Part shown: positions 20,601-34,612 of the stretch, piece by piece
Layout: each line of letters begins with the position of its first letter
Position numbering within the stretch: position 1 is the stretch's first letter
Origin: Ascidiella aspersa
Taxonomy: Eukaryota
Direction of reading: 5' to 3'
Assembly: GCA_963924565.1 (NCBI GenBank)
Contig: OZ004607.1
Location: forward strand, 28,334,001-28,398,000
DNA: 64,000 bases
Notes under the pieces: model-generated
What the model was told of the DNA's origin: nothing
Seen by the model: only the letters and a program-made list of their open reading frames with translations
Database searches by the model: none
Translations under genes and position numbers: made by a program

Positions 20601-23600
20601 ATAGCGAATGTGCTTTCCGCAGCAGAAATCACCAAGGTATAAGCGATTGGTACACAGCTTGAGATTCATTGTTTAAACAAACATTGTAAGTTTGGACTCT
20701 GTATATTAGTTTCACTTTTGTGAACTGAGATTCCCCTCAGTTAGCAAGACATGCCTTAATTTTTTTTTATAGAAAAATATTAAAAATGCTGATGGAAGAA
20801 CGTTGAAAGTCTCACAAATGATTTACAGTCGGTATCCAATAAAAAACAAGCTGTTTGAAGTATATGTATTAACTTCTTAGTATTCAGGGTGTGTATAATA
20901 TTTAGTACAATAAAACCATACATACACATCAGTAATAAATGTTTTGTGCAAATGTGAGTTCATAAAATCCATGGGAACATACCTGAGTGTGTTTAATTGC
21001 CTCAAATATACTTTTACTGCAGCGTGTAATACAGGCCAATTTGTCCTGCGGTGCACGCTTGGAATCCATTTCAATTATAGCTGAAAAATAAAAGCATATT
21101 CTCGCCTGTGTTTAGAATGACAGAAATTTGGTTAACAGTTAACACCACCTAAATTATATATATATTTATTCCAGACAGCTGGCACGGCAAAAACGTACAT
21201 ATTAGTAAGTTGAGATTTGTATTCGTTTATATTTTGTTACTTTAAAAAACTTATTTCTATCATAATAAACAAGTTTAGCATACTATTACAAGCTATGAGA
21301 TTTCAATCACAATTGGCTTTCATGTTATAATTATTATAGTGGATACAAATTACACATTTTAAGCAGCAAAGGCATTACTACATTAACTAAGTGCACGTCA
21401 CAACTTCCCACAATTGTCAAAAGGATGCGACAATTAATTATGATGTTGTACGAACCTGTTATGGCCACATCGGTGCATTCAGTAACCATGGGCTTGTCTT
21501 CATTTATATTTGCATCTAGCATTGCAGCAGTGATCCAGTGCAAGTTTCGAATTCGAGTCTACAAAAAAACAATGTTGTAATACAAAAGCATTGAATTCAG
21601 ATCCACCAATTTGACCTAAAGAAATAAGGTATTTATTTAACTAAATGTGGTATGTACTCTGTGAACCCAAATTGCTTACTATGTTTAAAGCAGACATCAC
21701 CAATGTAATGGCCATATTAATTATCATACAATGATTTTTGTAAAGTCAGTTTTATAAATAGGCAGAATTTTGTTTAATCTTTAATTTTTTCATAAAATCA
21801 ATGTGTTTTTGGTCGCAGTTGAAATCTAACATCAGCATAATATCCTATGTACCAATGCTAATATTTATAAATGTATTCAGGTGGTAAACGCAACTAGTTT
21901 CACTCTGACTACAAATAACACAGACAGATGTGCATCAACATAAAACTATTTTAGTAGGCAGATAACGACCATGGCAATAGGTAATTTTGTGCCAAGTGGC
22001 CTTATGGGGTTAGTCACAGGTTGCCACAAATTGATTACCAACACCAAACAGAACTTAAACTGATAAACACCAGCTTTGCTAAGTAACTTTACCACAACAT
22101 TACAGAAAAAAAAAGTAGGGCTTTATTTATTCCAAGTACGGTTTTTGTTGTGTATAGTATTTATAAATTTGAAGTCTATAACCATTTTTTCAAGAATTTT
22201 AAATGTTAACAAAACTCTAATTGTCATTATATTAATGGATCATAATCCTTCGCTTAAAAAATCTAAACATAAGATTCTACCTGAACTTTGAGATCTTCAG
22301 TCTCATCGTCTGTCTGATCGCTGCAAAACACTTTGCGGTAGAGCCTAGTCATGAGAAACTTTTCGATGTTGTCCATGATCCTCTCTTGGTCCACCTCTGA
22401 AGTGTAGGATTTAAAAACTGGGTGGGATATTAGTCGGTCGCTCATTGCCTGGTAGAAGTCTTGCACCATCACTGATTGATCATCAATTGAACCGTTCTAA
22501 ACAGAAGGTACAAGCATTTTACTATGAAACCAAGCTGTGACAATTTCGGCTAAAACTATCAAACAATTTTTTAAATTTGCTTGAGCTTGAGGATAAACTT
22601 AGATACATGCTCAAGTACAATTTATTGTCACAGAGGTATAAAGGTGCATAATAAAATTTTCAGGGAAAAGTAAAAAAGTCTAGGTCTATATAACAGCAAC
22701 AGTTCGCATCTATTGCTGTTCCGTAGCACCTAAAAACAAAGTTAAGTTGCCATACTAAAACATAAAATACAGTACATTTATGAGCAAAAGAAGGTTAAAA
22801 AAGGGAAAAAAATAGCGATTGCAAAAAAAAGGATAATTTTGTATATAAAATTTCATTATTAAAATTATATCTTGTTATGGCACAATGACAAAGTATATAT
22901 ATAAGTTTAAAAATATGACAAATATTAAGTGTTGTGATTAATTTAATGCCGCCACATTACTTAAACTCCCGGGTCAAACATATTTCTTGTATGCAAAAAA
23001 TACAAACCAATTTGCATAAAGTGTGTAGCGAGGCGTAAAACATACCTCACTGTCTGAAATTTTTTCAATAAAATTCTTGCATTGCTTCCACACATCCTTT
23101 GCAGCCGGTTCTTTGAATGCTCTGATGAATTCCAGGAAATCTGTATGAGCTCTTTTACTTTCGTAGCTTTGCTGCCGATATGCCACTTGGGGCTCTGTCA
23201 ATGTGTGTGAAAAAGATAGTAGACAATCAAGCAATATATACCAAATTCAATTTTATAAATGGTAGCAGCGCAGGTGTGAAAGCAATTGAGGGAAAACCAC
23301 TTCTTAAGTTTAGTTTTAATATTCTAAAACCCTTGGATTAATCTAAATGTTTTAGTAGGGGACATAGATAAAGTAGGTTTGTTTGTCAAAATTATACAAC
23401 AATACTAACACTATCAAACTCAAAATAACCAGAACTCTTCTACTTCAAACCACTGCATGAACAAGTAAAAAAACCTCACTTCACCTCACATATTACAGCA
23501 AACCTGCAATTTTTTAAAAATAACATTTTACTTTAAGAAGAGAATTAAATATGGCTTACTTAAGTCATTGCTTGATTTGGAAGAAATTGGTGACTTTGTG

Positions 23601-25588
23601 GGCTGTGATGCAGTGGGTGAGGAATTGGAGTCTTGTGTGGGTGAAAAAAAATTCTTTAAAGTCCGACTGCGAAATCCCTTTGTTACCCCGCGTTTCTCCT
23701 CAAATCTGGTAAATGAGCTGAAAACAGAAAGTCAATACTTGACTTAAGTGCCATTAAGTTACTGTTTTCAAATAACTTGACTTGACTTAGGTCTTTTGGA
23801 TAAATGACTTGACTTGGACTGGAGTCATTTTGTCAAATAACTTTGGATTAAATAAGATTTTTCATTAAAATTTATCTCAGGTTTTGTACATTAAACACTT
23901 TTATTGCTGTATATTGCAGTTGTGTCATTTTTTAGTTAAATTGTTGCTTATAATTGAACAAGTTTACCAATTTTAATAGTTTAACAGTTAACTTTTATGT
24001 CAATGACATGACTTGAAATTGAGTTGTACTTATAATGACTTGACTGGGACTTAACTTGTTATTTTTGCCAAATACTTGACTTGGACTAAAGTTATTTCTC
24101 AAACGACTTGACTGGGACTTAAGTTATTCAAAACGACTTGTTTACAGAACTGCAGATTTTTCGGTCGTCGCAAAGAGGAACTGTAAGCACCATTAAAAAA
24201 TTTCCACACTATTAAATACACCGAAGTAAGCTAATTAAAGGAACAGGCAAAAATAAAAAAATATTGTTTGTAAATTTAAATGCATGTTGTTTTGTTTTAC
24301 CCAGCACTGGATAATGTGAATCCTGTAGGATTTTTGTCAACTCATGCATACACATATCTTGCTTTGCAATTAGTGCATAACATATTTCTACCGTGAAAGT
24401 CCAGATGAACTAGCAACTGGTGGTGTCGATTCAACATTGTGTTGAGGGCGAGGGTGTTGAGGTGTTTGTGGGTGATGTTGTACAGTGGGTGATGATAGGC
24501 TGGGAGTTACATGGGCCGCTTTGTTTTCCTGTTCCTGAAGCTTTTTGGCATACTCGTGATCCAAGTCGATTTGCTGCTGCAGCTCTTGCTGATAGACATC
24601 CCGCCAACATTTAGAACAGTAGCCCTACAAAATTTAAATCATTAATTATCACCAGTTCAATAGATACTACCTGACATAAGCCAGTCTGTCAAACTCATAT
24701 GTCCAAATAACCTTGATTGTTTAATTGCACACCTAAAAAAATAAGGCTTTACACCCATAATATCTGCCAAAAAGTTTCCATGAAATGCAGACTAGGGTAT
24801 TATGGCAAAATTGAAAATATTGGCTTAAATATCCAATATATTATAAAGTAAGGGGCTATTTACCTTGATCAAGAAGTTCAAATGGACATATAATCAATGA
24901 CATGGTGCAAGTCTAAAACAATGATCCAGAAAAAGCCAAATAGGTAAAGGCTATTTAAAGGATAAAGTGATTTAAGTCGGTTTTGGAATAATGCATGGAA
25001 ATTATGCAAATCTCAGGAAATTAAATTTAAAACTAAAACCACCCGAACCCAAGGCTAACCCTAACTCTTAAGTATTAAAGAGCAATCCGGACAAATATAG
25101 GCGCTCTTTCACTATTGTACGTAAAAATTAATAAAATTTTTTTTTTCTTCAAATGCCGCATACCACAACACATATTGTTTGGGTTAGGGTGCGGGTTGGC
25201 GTTTGGTTGAGGGTGGGTCAAGTTATTATTAATAATAAACATAATATTACTTGACCCACCCTCACCCAAACGCTAACGCGCACCCTAACCCAAACAATAT
25301 GCGTTGTGGTATGCGGTATTATTATTTTTTTTGCATAGCTTTTCGAAAAGTTTTGCATAACTTTTCACGTACAATAGTGAAAGAGCGCCCAAATATATCC
25401 ACATGAAACAAAACTCGTTTATTATTTGATAAGTAAAAACCAAACACAACATCCCTGCATTGTCCTGCTGGGTTTTAAGACATTACCTTCCACTGTGAGT
25501 TTCCATAAAATCCACAACCATTTTTGCACAGCAAATCTGAGGCAGTGACGTGAATTCCGCGGCGCGGGTTTCCAGCCGCATTTTCCAT
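17618..25588 (-). CDS. RABGEF1: Rab5 GDP/GTP exchange factor Rabex-5, 10 exons, ~593 aa
   Basis: Exons 25588-25487, 24624-24392, 23717-23560, 23194-23046, 22496-22281, 21558-21456, 21080-20983, 20385-20221, 19718-19516, 17972-17618 (phases consistent). A20 zinc finger RRGIHV...[24 protein letters not shown]; MIU-like [12 protein letters not shown]; VPS9 domain APQDKLACI...[20 protein letters not shown]...[18 protein letters not shown]; C-terminal LPAPLLP. Confidence 0.95.
23730..24152 (-). mobile_element. MITE with ACTTG/TGACTTGAC repeats in RABGEF1 intron 2
   Basis: Dense TGACTTGACT motifs; one end CAGTTCTGTAAACAAGT (minus strand) resembles the end of the 13886 element. Confidence 0.55.
25100..25389. 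mobile_element. GGCGCT-ended MITE (GGCGCTCTTTCACTATTGTACGT TIR)
   Basis: 23-bp TIRs; 8-bp TSD CAAATATA (25092-25099, 25390-25397); internal inverted TTGGGTTAGGGT/ACCCTAACCCAA blocks; near-identical copies at 33378 and 35149. Confidence 0.9.
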
Positions 25589-27181
25589 GGCATGCAAACG
25601 TAAAATCTTCTAGGCAAACTAATTATTACCAATTTAACATTAGGTCAAGATAACCCATAATTATATTATGAAAACATTGATTTGTTGTTCATAACTAGCG
25701 TAAAAAAATATAAACACATTAGTGTCAGTTACACCAAGTAAGCGTATCTGAAAACCTTCTCAACTGTCAAGTCATCATTTCAGCGACTGGTTTGTTTTGT
25801 TAGTAAAGCAAAGTCACAAGGCCGAAAGAGGTTGAACGGAATCACTCATCCATGTCCATAATGAATACGCAACTAACGGCATATGACAATTTAAAACGCC
25901 CATTGTGTTAAAGGCGACGTTATTGCCAATATTTAATTGTCTTTCTAATAAATAAACAGGTTTGTCTATGTTAGATCAGTGCATCTTCTTTTTAAGTTCT
26001 GTTCACCAATACCATTGTAGAAAGCTAGCTCAATTTCCCCAAGTGATCAACCAACATAAGCGCAAAAAACATAGGTCTTGTACGAAGAGGGCATGATCGC
26101 TAATGTTCACTGCAGGCCGACTGCATTCTATATACATCCCGAAAGAATCCCGCCAAACGCTTTGTGTTGACGAAAATTCTGCGATATATATGCCAAAAAG
26201 GCGCTGGTCTATAATCCTACTGTATCGACTCTTTGCCTCTACCTTGCGGTAACTTTATCTGCCAAACGATATTCCTGTGGTATTCTATATATCGCCGTCT
26301 TTTTGTGTCTGCTTATATGCTCTGTATCTACTGTCTTCAAATGAGACCGCTTTGACTAGACCTAATTTTCACTGGTCTTACTTGCGTCCCCTCTACTCTA
26401 CCTTCTGCGATAAAATAAACAATAAAAGCTATAATAGCACTTCGTATTCTGCTATCTACATTTATGATATGCCTTGCTGTTTATGTACATTATCGAAACC
26501 AGTCGTTTTTTTTCATTGTAACACGGCGATATATCGAAAGCCAAGTGTCACTGGCGTCGTTTTGGGTAAGTAAGCTATTACACGCTAAAGAACTTTGGCG
26601 GGAAGAAGCTGGAATGCAATACAGGGCTTCCAGTGCTATAGGTTTATTCTCCTAGATCTATTTTTTTGAAATTTATCTAATTCTAGGTTTCCGTGCTCTC
26701 AGTTAGGTTTAATAACAGGCGCTCACGAAAACGTTCATGCACGTATATAGGGTATATACTAAAAATAGAAAGTTTAGTAAATAGAAATTCAAGATAATTT
26801 CAGAGTAGTTTGCTAGCCGCAAGTATGCAGCATTTCAGCGTAAAAAATATTCTTTTTTCTAAAGTAATCCGAAAATATTGTCATCACTGTTTGATAATTC
26901 AACGTTTTTAAAAAAATATGCATACAAGTCTTGACTTCGCGACCATTTGATTAAGGTCAAGCAAAACTATGTCCAACGTAAAAAAACGTAATCCGTTTAA
27001 AAACTGCTTTATGTTAAAACCGCTGCAATAAACGCGATCATCGCCGAAATAAATTGATTTTTACGGCCACGCGGATAATTGTGCTAACTATGTTTGGAAA
27101 TTTTTTGCGCAATAAGACCAAAATAGGAATAATACCTAATAATCGTAATAACGTCTAATTAGGAGTAGGCTAAGTCTTGAA

Positions 27182-27763
27182 CAGGCAGTCGAACCGGAAC
27201 CGAACCGGAACTTTATGAACCGGTTTTGGGTCAATTTTTTCCGAACCGTAACCAAACCTGAACCGGTTTTTGTAAGATCATAAGGAGCCGAACCGGAACT
27301 GAACCGAATATTTTAAAAGTCCCTGAACCTTAACCCGAACATGTAAATATAACGGTTCGCTCCAGCATGACGTCACAACTTTATATTTTACATTAACTTA
27401 CGCCATGTTTGAAATTTTATGAAAAAAATGTAAATATTGAATAAATAAAACGTTGATTTTTTTATTTTCAAGTTATTTCTATAATAAGTTGCTGTTTATT
27501 TAATACGACACGTAACTTAGATTAAATTACTTACAATTAAAAGATTATTCTCTACATTTGTCGACCTACGTTTTAAGATTTAACGCAAATTATATTGTAT
27601 CCGAACCGGAACTTTATGAACCGGTTTTGAAATAACGATGGTTGAACCGGAGCTGAACCGGAACTTTTAAAATGCTCGAAACCGAAACCGAAACCGGATT
27701 CCGAAAAAATCCTTAAACCCGAAGCGAACCTGAACCGGAAAAGTCAAACGGATCGACTCCCTG
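27182..27763. mobile_element. hAT-type MITE with GAACCG(G) subterminal arrays
   Basis: TIR CAGGCAGTCGAACCG / CGGATCGACTCCCTG; exact 8-bp TSD GTCTTGAA (27174-27181, 27764-27771); many GAACCGGAAC motifs. Confidence 0.85.
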
Positions 27764-27994
27764 GTCTTGAACCCGTCGAAAAAAATACCTAAATTGACAA
27801 AAAAGGGCTTATACAATCGAAGCTTATAATTCCACACCAACTCTTCGTATAATTCTTATCCTAACCCCACCCATTATCCAAGGTAAGGTCAGCGCGGGGG
27901 ATTTATTGGAGTATCACGCTCGGCCGCGCATTTTATGTAAAATCAGCGCAAAATGCGGCCAGCCGCAAAAAATCGCTCAAACGCGCAAAACCTA

Positions 27995-28161
27995 AGGTTT
28001 TTCAGCATAGTACGATAGCCTACTCCATTTTCAGCTATACAGATTTTACAAATACTGTTATTACAGCTGCGCAAATTTGGGTGGAAAGGTTATTACAGCC
28101 GCGCAATTTCAAGCTGCAAAATCGTTTCACCCGCGTAAATTCCAAAATTTCCAATCTGGCC
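27995..28161 (-). repeat. Dispersed repeat (GGCCAGATTGGAAA end), inverted partner of 33082-33232
   Basis: About 150 bp align in reverse complement with 33082-33232 (TACTCCATTTTCAGC...GCGCAAATTTGGG...TTTCAAGCTGCAAA...TTTCCAATCTGGCC). Confidence 0.75.
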
Positions 28162-28989
28162 TTTTAATCCAAACAGGGTCAAATAATTCTTTTTTAAAAC
28201 AGCAGTGCCCCAGCGGCTCTCCTTTTCGTTGATGGCGTTGTTTTGTCCATTTAGGCCGTTTTCCGAAGAAGTTAGAACTTCCTGACAGTTTTATTCATAC
28301 GATTTTATGTCTTATCGTAAATATTACTACTACGTGTGTGGCTTCGTTGCGTGGTTGGTCTTACTGTTATGTTAATACAGATTATATTCTGCATTAAATA
28401 TTGCTTTGTAGGTCTGACTGTGTGTTCATTTTTGGTGCTGTTTAAGATCCAACGCTTACAGACAGGGAAGTCGCTGAAGTCTCGCGCGCTCGTGGAAAAA
28501 AGGGCGTAAAACAGATGTTGCCTCCTTTTGTTCGGTAAGCGATTGACTCCAAGTCACAGGCAAGTTCATTGAAGCACTCCAGAAGCAAAAACCTGGACTG
28601 AACGACTAAGTTAGCTCCTCATTTATATATAGATTACAGACAGTTGTATTAAAATAAATCTAAAACAGTGTGCTATGTGTAGTTATTACAACGGCAATAA
28701 GTGCAAGAAAATAAGCTGTGATTATGCACAATAATAATAATACAACATTTGCAGTATAAATACAAAATATAAATGAAACCCAAATCTATAAATATGAACT
28801 GTAAAGTATAAAAAATAAAAATTATAAACATAAAAAAATACATATAAAACAGTTACAAGTAAATCCATTTGCTGAAAATACAGACATAATTGAATGGAAA
28901 AAATACACATAAACAGTGTTTACTCTAAACAAAACCAGTTTAAAGATTAACTTACAAAAAAGCACTGAAGTAAAATCTAAAGTTTTGTT

Positions 28990-31900
28990 TCAGATTTTCT
29001 GAAAATTTGAGGCAATAAAATCAACCCAATCTTTTTCTTCATCATTTAGGTGGGCATTTTCCTGCATATCACATCGGTTTTTTATGAAGCACCTTATGGT
29101 CTGTCTATTCAAAGTCATGAAACAGTGCATTAAAAGACCTTCCCAGTCAACTTTCAAATTTGCAATTGCAGAATGATTAAATTGAATAGACAGTTCCAGA
29201 CCGGGACCCTGAGAACTGGAACAACTTTCTAGAAAACAAATAAATATAAAAACATTTTTAGTTTTGTCCAACTCGATTATCATAGACTTTTAATTACTTA
29301 GCATAGTACTACAATATAATGGGAAAATTCCACTAACCTTTAGGCATGTTTAAATTGATATTCCATTGGTGAGCAATGTGTTCATAGTTTAGAGACAGCA
29401 ATTCACCCAGGCCACTGACAGAATCCTTGCTGATGTCATAGAAGCTAAAATCAAAATCTGGTTTAAGTTTTTCAAAAGAGTCTTGAACTAAGTTCTTTGA
29501 TGCAGAAATGTCAAGTAAGGTTTGCTTAAATGAAGTTATTGCGTCTGATATACAGATTCCAGCTATAGTGTATTCATCATTGATCATTCTTTCAAATTGG
29601 TTGATATTGATCAGTAAGTTTGCTAGGTGAGTGAGTTCATCTCCAATATTATCAGCAATTTCAACATTCATCTGGTCTGACCAATACTTAAAATCTAACA
29701 TAGCTGACCTGGCAAAATGAAGAAGAAAATGTGCAAAATATGAATTGCACTGCAGTGCCTGGCTTTCCTCAGAAGACGCAATTAACTCCTTTGCACTAAT
29801 AAAGAACTGAATCAGATTCATTGGTATAATGTATGCCATTGCTTGAAGAGACTTCAAAACCATACATAACCCAATATGCTGAAGAGCCCCTTTGTCATCA
29901 ACCTGGCTGTTGGGAATCATTGATCTAAACTCCGGTGGCAATTCAAGAATAATAGCATGTCCCAAACTGGTCCATGCATGAGAAGTCAAGAACTCAAAAA
30001 AAGATTTTAATGCATAGATGATAGGAGACTGCAATTCCTGTTTAAGGTAACTTTGCCAAGGCAGCAAATCCTGATTGTAATCATGATTTAAAAAAGACAG
30101 GTCACTAAAGGATGAAACTGTGTATGAATGGCTGGATTTCACACATTCAAGTAGAACAGTGGGAAGAATAGGCGTGTGCGATATAATTTCTAATAATTTC
30201 TTTTGGAGAAAACAAATGTTCTCAGTTTTCAATTTAATTTTTCCAGATACTAACTGCTGAATAAAGAAACCTCCTCTATTTAAGAGGACATGCATTGTTG
30301 TAGACGGTAAATCATCTTTGTGATACTTCATGCTTTTTATACACATTAGAGTTTCAATTTTGTCTGAAAGTGAGTTTATTGTTCCATCCCACTCATAGGG
30401 AAAGAAACTGGGGTTTAACTGAGACATCCACTGTATACCTTTCATTCTTCCTAAGTCATCCACGTCATATTGCTCTACTGTATTGTAAAGTTCCTCAAGA
30501 GGTGCAGATAAAAACAGACCACTTAAGAACAAATCTCTTAAAGCAGCATGTATCTTCATAAACTTTTTATTTGGTTTAATGTAGAAGTCACTACTTGAAA
30601 TAGGACATAGCTCAGCTGGTTTGGAAGTGAGCAGCCACATGATGTTGTAATAAGAGAGTAACAAACAATACACATCCTGCCAAATTTGCTTGCTGCGGTT
30701 GTATGATGGCTTACAATTGCAATATCGATCAGAAAGAACACTGACTGAATCACAAACAACTTGAAGCATGATATCCCTTACAAGGTGAGATTGTAGTTTT
30801 AAGCACAGATCATCAGCTAAACCCACAAGGTAGTTGTTCCACAGTTCAATGGAAAATGAACAGCGCTCACCCTCTGAAAAGGCTCGCAGATCAGCCCAAT
30901 GATGGCTGTCAGCATCATGGAGCACTTGGGTACATATTTTTGATTTGTGGTATTGTATTACAGTTTCAAGCACCTGGTTATAAAGAGAACTGTAAAGCTG
31001 CAAAACTCCATGAAAGGGAAGGCGGTTGTCTCGTTGCATCTGCGTTGCACAGTAGCTGAGAACATTTACTATGTCACTTACCGAAGCAAGAACGGAGACA
31101 AGGCCGTCTGGAGGAACTCTTTCCGGCACATCCTCAATAACAGTGGTTAAAAATAGTTTAAATTTTTTTAAACTTTGGTTTACTGAATCCAAGAAGTCAG
31201 ACTGAAGCTTCACCATATGTTTATTTTGTGCACCCAAAACTGCAAAGGGAAGTAAGTTTATGATTTGACTTAAAGTAACATTAATGCATTTTATAGACAT
31301 CAATGGATTACAGAACAGTGAAAGTGTACTTGAAGCAGAAGCAGTCATTTTAAAGTCATGTGAGGTCTTATACAGTTCTCTAGCCTCCTCTAATTCTGCC
31401 TGGGTGACTTCCTGCAAAAAATGGCCACAGCTTGCTGACAAAAAAGGAACAATATCTCTTAAAGCTTCATACCAACTCCATTGCCTAATAGAGGAAGGTG
31501 ATCGCTGTACTGATGAGTGCTGACTTGATTGTATAAGATCAGGGAGGTTGAATGGTGGGCGTTTTAAAACACTTTTCTTGTGCTTTCCGCCACTTCCGTA
31601 TTCAAGAATACAGAGGGTTTCTGAGTTGCTGAGATGGTTTTCAATATTTAAGAAGCAACCAATGATTTCAGAAAAATCTGCAAGCTGAGAACTGGCCAAG
31701 AACGTATCATCGTGACTTATTGCAGAGGAAAAATGCTCCACCTTTTTATCAGTTAAGTGAGATGATTTGGCTTTAATATATTGGTTGCGAAGGTGTGCAA
31801 TAGAGTCACAAACAGAGAGCAAGCCAATCGACATTTTCTCCAGCATTGTGTCCAAAATGAACTCTCTCATAAGGGAAAGTTCTTTGAACACTTTTGCTGA

Positions 31901-32488
31901 TGATAAGATCAGGACAACGTCCTCTATAAGAATTTTTACTTCAAGTGACAGTTGGATGAAGTCTTTTTTAGTTTGTGGAAAGTCAGAAATGAGATTGGCG
32001 TCATAGGTCAGACGTAGTTGTCGGATGTAATCCATGTGTCTGGACACAACACTCCTAAACCGTTCCTCAGCATGCTTTTCACCGACAAGAACCTGAATTC
32101 TTTGTATGCAGTTACTAACTAAATGAAGCATTTTATTACCCAGGCTTAATGGTGTTCCAAGACCTGTAACATCATCATTTCGGACAGCCACACTTTTCGA
32201 GAAAATGTCGGTGATGGTCCCAACATAATGATTTGCTAAAATCCAAGTTATTGATTTCATAAAGTTTATTGTCTGTTGGTGTTCCTGGCCATCGCCACTA
32301 CCATTGTTAAATTGAACTTGACTGTCTGCATGTGAAAATTCATGATCAAAGGGCAGATATTTTCCAATATATGGAGAAAGGTGCATCAGAATACAGAAAA
32401 CTTCATCATGGACATTTGCATGCTCGTTTAGGGCCTGAAGAAGGATTTTGGTCGTCGCCAAAATATTATTGTCTATTTCATTATCCAT
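28990..32488 (-). CDS. KIAA0825: KIAA0825 (DUF4495) homologue, 2 exons, ~1129 aa
   Basis: Exon 32488-29338, 109-nt GT-AG intron, exon 29228-28990 (phase 1). Motif HDADSHHWADLRAFSEGERCSFSIELW...SVSVLSDRYCNCKPSYNRSKQIWQDV matches the KIAA0825 conserved block as recalled; C-terminal FIKNRCDM. Confidence 0.85.
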
Positions 32489-33081
32489 ACTTTTCTATTT
32501 TCCGTACAGAAAAAGTTCTGTGAAAAAAGAAAAATCAAGGATTTAAACTTTTAAATTTTAAAGTAGGCATAAAGTGATAGTTAAATTAAGTTTGCAAAGC
32601 AGGTCTATTGAAAACTTTTCCTGTTTAACAGCAGCATGCCTTTTGCTTTTTTATACAGATTACCAATTAAAAAAGGGCAAAAAACGAATTGTAATTTAAC
32701 ATCTTGTACAGCCAAACCCAAACTTTCTTGTTTAAAAATGCCCAGTCATCATACAGGAAAACAATTCAGACTTTAAAAAATATTGTACAATTGAAAAGAC
32801 CAAAATCGGATCACTCGCAATCGCTTCTTAAAGTCGGATCGCTGGCGATCGCTTTTTTTTTTTTAATAATTTGAAAACAACACAATACAACAAATAACGG
32901 CACTTTCAAATCACATAACTTCAGTTGGACATGATATAATTTAAAGACTTGAAAAAACATTTTTTCGTTATAATAAGTAAATCGATTCAAAGACTTAGTG
33001 GCAACCATGTCATAATGTGATATAACTGTATAACATTTAAGTATATACATTTGAAAAAAATGGGTCATACACTTGTAGGCT

Positions 33082-33232
33082 GGCCAGATTGGAAACTTTA
33101 GATTTTGCGCGGGGGAAACAAATTTGCAGCTTGAAATTACGCAGCTGTAATGACATTTCCGCCCAAATTTGCGCTGCTGTAATGTTATTTGCAAATTTTG
33201 CACGGCTGAAAATGGAGTACTATACTGAAAAC
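33082..33232 (+). repeat. Dispersed repeat (GGCCAGATTGGAAA end)
   Basis: Reverse-complement match to 27995-28161. Confidence 0.75.
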
Positions 33233-33377
33233 CAGTAGCTTTTAATTTACAATACAAGCAAAGTAAACAATCGAGTCTTATAAGCGGCAGCAAAAAAAGC
33301 TTTAGCGTTTGGTGCATTTTAGGTTATGAGAATCCGGGGGTTAAGCATTTATTATAAAGTAATATATATAATAATAC

Positions 33378-33618
33378 GGCGCTCTTTCACTATTGTATGT
33401 GAAAAGTTATGCAAAAAAAAATTAATAATACCGCATACCACAACACATATTGTTTGGGTTAGGGTGCAGGTTAGCGTTTGGTTGAGGGTGGGTCATTATT
33501 AATAATAAACATAATATTACTTGACCCACCCTCACCCAAACAATATGCGTTGTGGTATGCGGTATTATTTAGTTTCGTTTTTTGCATAACTTTTCACGTA
33601 CATAAGTGAAAGAGCGCC
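33378..33618. mobile_element. GGCGCT-ended MITE (GGCGCTCTTTCAC TIR)
   Basis: Same TIRs and internal TTAGGG-like blocks as the 25100 copy; TSD not preserved. Confidence 0.85.
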
Positions 33619-34408
33619 CAAAATTTTGACGTGTGCCGGTGTGCAATTGTGTTTTTTGCACATCTGAGTCTAATAATCCTACCACAATTTAACATTTTTG
33701 AAATTTTCAAGTGTAATATAGTAATTGACGTGTGCACACTATTTGCTTTGACAATATCTTGATTGTGCACATTTCACTACAAAGTGCAAACTGGTATACT
33801 GGCAGATGTTCAAAATAAAGTAAAGGTAAAACAATATGCGAAGTGCGAGAGGTGTTTTAGTTATGGCATTTTTCAAACAAGAGTTGTATTTCGATTTTTA
33901 TACTGTCATAATGAGTCTTACAAATAAGTAATCAGTGCCATTAAAATATTTTTGGTAAGTTGTTTGAAATTGAAACGTCTACTAGTTTTTGGAATGTTAT
34001 TTCTAAACTACGATTATATCATTCTACACTTACCATATTATTACGTTTTAATATAAGCTCAAAATCCCCTAAACAAAGACAAGTAGATAAACTATTGGAT
34101 TATTTATCTTTGAATCAATTATATTGTAATAAAGTTATATTCTAAATAAAAAAATGAATGTGATACCATATATAGACAAAGGTGTTAATTAAAAAGGCAT
34201 ATTAACGCAAATGAAGGTTAGACCTAAAATAAAAAACGTTAATTTAAAAAAAAATGCATTTTCGAGTAAACCATATTTTGCGCTATTTTTTGGTAGTTTG
34301 TATCACGGAAAAATGGTGGCGGTAGTACACCAACTTGAAAGTTCAGTAGTTACCTTGCCATCGTTACTACATATAAGACTGATCATAAAGATTGCATCAT
34401 TGCTCGCG

Positions 34409-34416
34409 TGACGTCA
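34409..34416. promoter_or_regulatory. Palindromic CRE (TGACGTCA) ~200 bp upstream of the CREB3-like ATG
   Basis: Perfect TGACGTCA in a CpG-containing promoter-like patch, plus a CGTCA half-site at ~34447. Confidence 0.45.
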
Positions 34417-34612
34417 AAAGTGCTTCGCTGGAGCTTCAACGCAACTCGTCACATGATTATTGCCTTTTTTCTTTTTCAAATACAGTACTTTGGGCAACGT
34501 CAGCATTAGAAAATTTTGCACTCCTAAAATTTGAGTTACAATTTCTAGGATTTTATTTGGACACAAAGAATATTTTCAGGGTATTGTTTTACAACCAAGT
34601 TAGCATTTTAAA

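Noticed and set aside
25075-25269. Near-identical short ORFs ([22 protein letters not shown]) here and at 35164-35367
   Set aside because: Translations of the same MITE in opposite orientations, not genes.
27182-27763. CRISPR-like or satellite array of GAACCG motifs
   Set aside because: Irregular short motifs inside a TIR/TSD-bounded MITE in eukaryotic DNA; no repeat-spacer periodicity and no cas genes.
32811-33317. 168-aa ORF upstream of KIAA0825
   Set aside because: Overlaps a dispersed repeat, has non-coding-like composition and no recognisable domain.
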